A DNA stretch of 64,000 nt from an uncultured Puniceicoccaceae bacterium (lineage in GTDB: Bacteria > Verrucomicrobiota > Verrucomicrobiia > Opitutales > Oceanipulchritudinaceae). Below the pieces are notes generated by a model. It saw nothing but the letters and a program-made list of their open reading frames with translations. It was not told the origin of the DNA and made no database searches. Where the stretch lies: assembly GCA_963933835.1 (NCBI GenBank), contig CAWVVV010000002.1, forward strand, positions 64,001-128,000. The letters are read 5' to 3'. The position numbers were made by a program, and so were the translations under genes. Of this stretch, positions 59,706 to 64,000 are shown one piece after another. The number at the start of each line of letters is the position of its first letter. Within the stretch, counting starts at the first letter, position 1.

Positions 59706-61486
59706 TTCTACCTTCCGTGTCTAAAGGTAACCCAATTTCTCTGCCCTGTATCCACTGCGGGACACCGTATTCTCCGAGCAAGCATCTGCCTGAGGGATAT
59801 TGCTGCCACGGCTGCTCCTACGTCCACCACCTCATCACCGACGAAGGTCTGGAGCGCTTTTACGATCTAAGAGGCGAGGCAGTTCAACCCGTCGGCAGTG
59901 TTCCTATGCACGATCAGTCCTTTGAATGGCTTCGTGACAAACAGGCCGAGCTCGAAGCGGATGCTCAAGCGGGTGTCGTTCTTAAAGCCAGTTTCCACCT
60001 TCAGGGCATCTCTTGTGTTGGCTGTGTCTGGCTCATCGAAAAACTCTTTCTCAGGCACGACGGTGCAGTACGGGCGACAGCAGAATCACAACGCGGCGAA
60101 CTCCGTCTACATTGGATCGCGGGAAAGCTCAGCCTCGCCGAGGTGGCCAACGAGCTGCAACGTCACGGCTACCTCCTGAGTCCGGAAAGCACGGTCGCTC
60201 AAAGCGCCTCGCGTGAGCTCCTCACCCGCCTCGCCCTCTGTGGAGCCTTTGCCCTCAATAGTATGCTCTTCACCCTTCCTCGCTACCTCGGGCTGGAAGA
60301 CGACTTCCCTTTGGCGAACCTCTTTTCGCTCCTCACTCTTCTCTTCTCGACGCTAAGTCTCGTCACGGGCGGGAGCTACTTCATGACCCGCGCAGTGCGA
60401 GCACTTCGTCGCGGGGTGATGCATATCGACCTTCCGATCGCACTAGGTCTGCTCTTCGCCTACCTTGGATCGCTCATCGGTTGGTTTTTGGGCGAGGAAC
60501 GCTTTCTCTCCTTCGACTTTGTTGGCGTCTTCACCTTTCTCATCCTTGCTGGGCGCTGGCTACAAGAACGTGCCGTGGACTGCATTCGCAGCCAGATTGC
60601 TCGGCACTATGCTGAACCCAAAGCGGTCACTCGACTTACGCCCCTCGGAGAGGAGCGCGTTCCGCCTCAAGCCCTCGCCATCGGTGATGAAATCGAAATC
60701 GCTCGCGGCGAAACAGTCCCCGCCACTGGCGAACTGGTGAGCACAGAAGCGAACTTTTCCCTTGAGTGGATTAAGGGTGAACCCGAACCGCGCCACTTCC
60801 CTCAGAACAGTGTCGTGCCCGCTGGAGCCGCCTCGCTGGAACGCGCAACCGCTCGACTACGGGTCACCGAGCCCTGGAACGGATCTCTTCTAGCCCAACT
60901 CTTGAAAGCGCCGGAGAGCGCAGACGGCTCCAAAACGATGGAACGCGTCTTGCAGACTTACCTCTCCGTCATCCTCGCTTTAGCTGTGATCGGAGGTTTC
61001 GTATGGGGTTTTCTACTACACGATCCTTTTAGTGCATGGAACGTCGCGCTCAGTGTATTGATCATTTCTTGTCCTTGCGCCCTCAGCCTCGCCCTTCCGC
61101 TCATCGATGAGCTTGCTATCACTCGCCTACGAGCGCGCGGCGTTTTTGTGAAAAACTACCGCCTTTTCGGCAATCTCACGCAGATTCGCAAGCCCGAGGC
61201 GCTCGAAGAGGACGTGGACCTATACATTCTGAGCCATCACCAGCGGGGCATCCTCGACCTAATCCGAGTTAGTAAAATCCGCATGCGCGCTGTCCGCGTC
61301 AGCCTCAGCTTTGCGATCGCCTACAACATCATCGCGGTTGGCTCTTGCCTCGCAGGACATATCAATCCTCTGCTTGCGGCCATCCTCTTGGCGCTCAGCT
61401 CCCTTTTGACGCTCGGGATTGTCCATATTTCCTTCGCGGGAGAACTGGCTTCGACGGACCCGAATGAGGATGGCCATAGCCTTTGA
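59702..61486 (+). pseudogene. ccoI: CcoI/FixI-like Cu-translocating P-type ATPase lacking its P and N domains
   Basis: C.HCG...CC.GC N-terminus, HMA C..C, A domain and CPCAL are present. DKTGT, HP and GDGxND are absent: LTQIRK joins PEALEEDVDLYIL and then the last two TM helices. Confidence 0.8.
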
Positions 61487-61512
61487 CAGCTCGGCTTCCA
61501 GCGACGTATAAT
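61483..61512 (+). promoter_or_regulatory. Perfect consensus sigma70 promoter TTGACA-N18-TATAAT
   Basis: TTGACA at 61483-61488 and TATAAT at 61507-61512, followed by ATG at 61528. Confidence 0.75.
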
Positions 61513-61527
61513 ACATTCGTCGCTCAA

Positions 61528-63628
61528 ATGTCCTCGATTTGCTCTCATAAGGCTTTCTCAAGATCGGTCACGCTTGCCTGTATCGCAGTCGCGGCCGTCT
61601 TTCCCTTGTTGGTTCGGGCAGAAGACCCGCAGGTGAGTATTCACAAGGATGTGAGCGAAACATACCTCCAATGGCAAGGAGTCGATGGCGTCGTTTATTG
61701 GCTAGAATCTGCGAGTGACATGGCGAACTGGCTACCACAGCCCGGCGTGACTTTAGGTCAGCCCGATATCGCGGCCAGTGGATAGCTCGGCTCCTACCAC
61801 ATTTTACCGCCTTACCTCTCAACCGTGGATTCTCGGGGAAGCCTTCGAGAGTGATCCACAGCCACTGGGGTGGTTGAATGTGAGTTCTTCGCAAGAGGCC
61901 TTTTCGAACCAAGTTTGGCCTGCCACAGGCTTCGCGACTCCGGTGAGTCAGATCTGGCAATCGCCTCCCCTACCGCTGCCTTCAGGTGAGTACTTTCGAG
62001 TCGATTTTCAATATCGCGGCAGCGCAACTGCTTGGATCGCGAGCAGGGCCTTCAACTCGAACCTCAATTGGGGGCGCTATCCTTCCAGTCATGCTGACCA
62101 AGGCCAGCTACTTGAAAATGACACTGAAAGCTGGCCCGCAAACAACAGTTGGGCCGACGGTGTTTTTGTTTCCAGAACAAGTAAAGATGCGCTCTCAACC
62201 GCTATTGAGTTATCGGGCCAAGGGAGCGATTTCGATAATGTCGTCGTGACCACTGTCTCCGACGGCGACGCCCTCGCATGGGCTGATCAGGTTTTCGCTC
62301 AAATGCCATCCTTGAGCTACACGCCACCCGCTGGGCGTCATCAATACCTTAATAGCACCCTTTCATTACTACAAAATGGTTCGCCGGTTAAAGCCATTTT
62401 CGTCGGCGACAGCCTTATGCAGGATTCAGCTAACTCTATGATTGATGTTCTGCTAGAGCGCAGGTTTCCGGGAACACGTGTAGAAATCCAAGCAGCAACC
62501 GGACAAGGGACAGGCATCAACAAGTGGGATGATGACATAAGTTACAACTGGCCCGATCAGGATCTAGATCTAGACAATGCCGTGATTGAGCAACGCCCAG
62601 ATCTCGTTTTGCTCGGAGGCATCAGTAACAATTTCACTGATTGGGACACGAGCTTTCGTGAGCTCATCGGGAAAATCCGCACGCGCTCTATCGCCCGTTG
62701 GGGTTCAGCACCCGATATCCTGATTATGACCGGACCGCCTTTCTATAGCCCTCAAGGCACATACAATACAGACCTCGCGACTATCGCCACAGAAGAGGAA
62801 GTCGCCTTTTTAGACCTCTACACGGCCGTCCTAAACTACGCCTCACCCAGCTTCACAATCAGTGATCTGAAACGGGACACCTATCATGCAAACACCTTCG
62901 GGAAACAACTCTTTGGACGCATCCTCCTCGAGTGGTTAGAGCCGGAACCTGCCCCTGCTTTCCACTATGCGAGTTCAGAGACGATCATTCTTGAACAGCA
63001 ATTTTCCAGAAATCCAGAGGGATGGGAACACGCGCAAACTCTTATTCAAAACGGGGAACTGATTGCAGTTGATGACACCCGCTGGTCGCAGGCAGTCCTA
63101 CCACTGGATTCAGAGCTGCCGATGACTGACCGTATCTGCAACTTCTACTGGGAAATGCGCACTGACCCAGATGCAGGTGAGGATGTCAGTGCACTCCACC
63201 CAAAGCTTTACGTTACACGTGAGGAAGATCGTTTTGAACAGATAAGTCTTAACACAATCATACGCGCAGCGTGGTTTTGGCTGTTCTACGTTGATCCTGG
63301 ATTCCTCGTAGACCACCCGCATGAACGCCACCCTCGGGCTATACCGGGTTTCTTTTCTGATGCGCTTACGACCGAGAAGTTTCGTATTCGCACTGAACCT
63401 GTCGATGGCAACACGCTCCTAGCACAGTTCCAATACTATGACTCTGCGACAGAGGATTGGGCTGATTTCACGGATACTTTTATGCCCGAGAGTTCCGTCG
63501 ACATACTCATCGACATCTCGAGTGACCTCGAAGGTTATTCGACGATCCGAGGACTGAATTTCATGTTCCCTCATGCCGTCGTGAGCGTGCAAGCAACAGC
63601 CCTCACTTGGGAGCCAATCGTCCCCTAG
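61528..63628 (+). pseudogene. Secreted SGNH/GDSL hydrolase split by a frameshift near 61775-61785
   Basis: Frame 1 (61528-61785) carries the signal peptide and YWLESASDMANW. Frame 2 (61778-63628) continues VDSSAPTTFYRL and has the SGNH blocks FVGDSL, GQG, GGISNN, DTYHAN. Confidence 0.75.
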
Positions 63629-64000
63629 CGGGTGCGTTCCACGAAACCAGTTTTGCGGTAGACTTTTCCGAGCGTTTTGTATGCGCGCTTCTGAGCTGCC
63701 TCAGCACCGGCTTTGAGCACCTCATTCAAGTATGCCTTATCACCCGCGACTTCGGCGTAGCGTGCCTGAATTGGGGTGAGCATTTCCACAACTGCTTCAG
63801 CAACAGCCGCCTTGAAGGGACCATACTGCTGGCCCTCAAACTCTGTCTCCAAATCCTGGATACTTTTGCCCGTGGCTGCGCTCAGGATTCCGAGAAGGTT
63901 GGTCACTCCCGGTTTATCGGGCCCGGCACGCACTTCACTTCCAGAATCGGTCACTGCACTCTTGATCTTCTTCCGAATCACATCGGGCGGATCGAGGAGA
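63625..64000 (-). CDS. trpS: Tryptophanyl-tRNA synthetase, C-terminal part (5' end outside the window)
   Basis: LLDPPDVIRKKIKSAVTDS, DKPGVTNL, YGPFKAAVAE, GAEAA. Confidence 0.93.
   Translation of the reverse strand, partial: LLDPPDVIRKKIKSAVTDSGSEVRAGPDKPGVTNLLGILSAATGKSIQDLETEFEGQQYGPFKAAVAEAVVEMLTPIQARYAEVAGDKAYLNEVLKAGAEAAQKRAYKTLGKVYRKTGFVERTR

Noticed and set aside
576..63331. Numerous 60-250 aa alternative-frame and antisense ORFs in the ORF track (e.g. 35295-36059, 41708-42337, 30410-31003)
   Set aside because: They overlap well-supported genes, have shadow-ORF composition (S/R/P-rich) and lack motifs.

Overview
Bacterial chromosomal window of roughly mid-50s % GC (judged by eye). 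It probably comes from Verrucomicrobiota (Opitutales/Puniceicoccales-like), inferred from the double-length UvrA, the DUF5069-like gene and the style of the secreted-protein domains. Most of it is housekeeping or transport: yicC, RluA-family, maf, TolC, an oppABCDF operon divergent from an S8 protease, tatA, mgtE, rpe, hmuUV-like, tRNA-Ile(CAU), ruvX, manC, psd, nth, accD, truA, ECF sigma/anti-sigma, uvrA, rsmG, moeB, recQ, an NtrC-type regulator, HPr, PPK2, LOG and trpS. Three things stand out. (1) A stand-alone, condensation-less NRPS with an N-terminal GNAT/FemAB-like domain fused to A-T-TE, whose TE has a Cys nucleophile. (2) A dense set of deletion scars in accessory genes: two pairs of convergent genes fused after losing both 3' halves (one is a signal-peptide Hcp-like stub missing from the ORF track), in-frame internal deletions in comF and a ccoI-like ATPase, several stubs and one frameshift. 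Core genes look intact, which suggests ongoing deletion-driven genome erosion or an assembly artefact. (3) Inverted heptamer (TGAATGA/NCATTCA) arrays flank moeB on both sides. A perfect TTGACA-N18-TATAAT promoter also precedes the frameshifted SGNH gene. No CRISPR array, rRNA, transposase or integrase was seen. All family assignments are by motif recognition, not database search.
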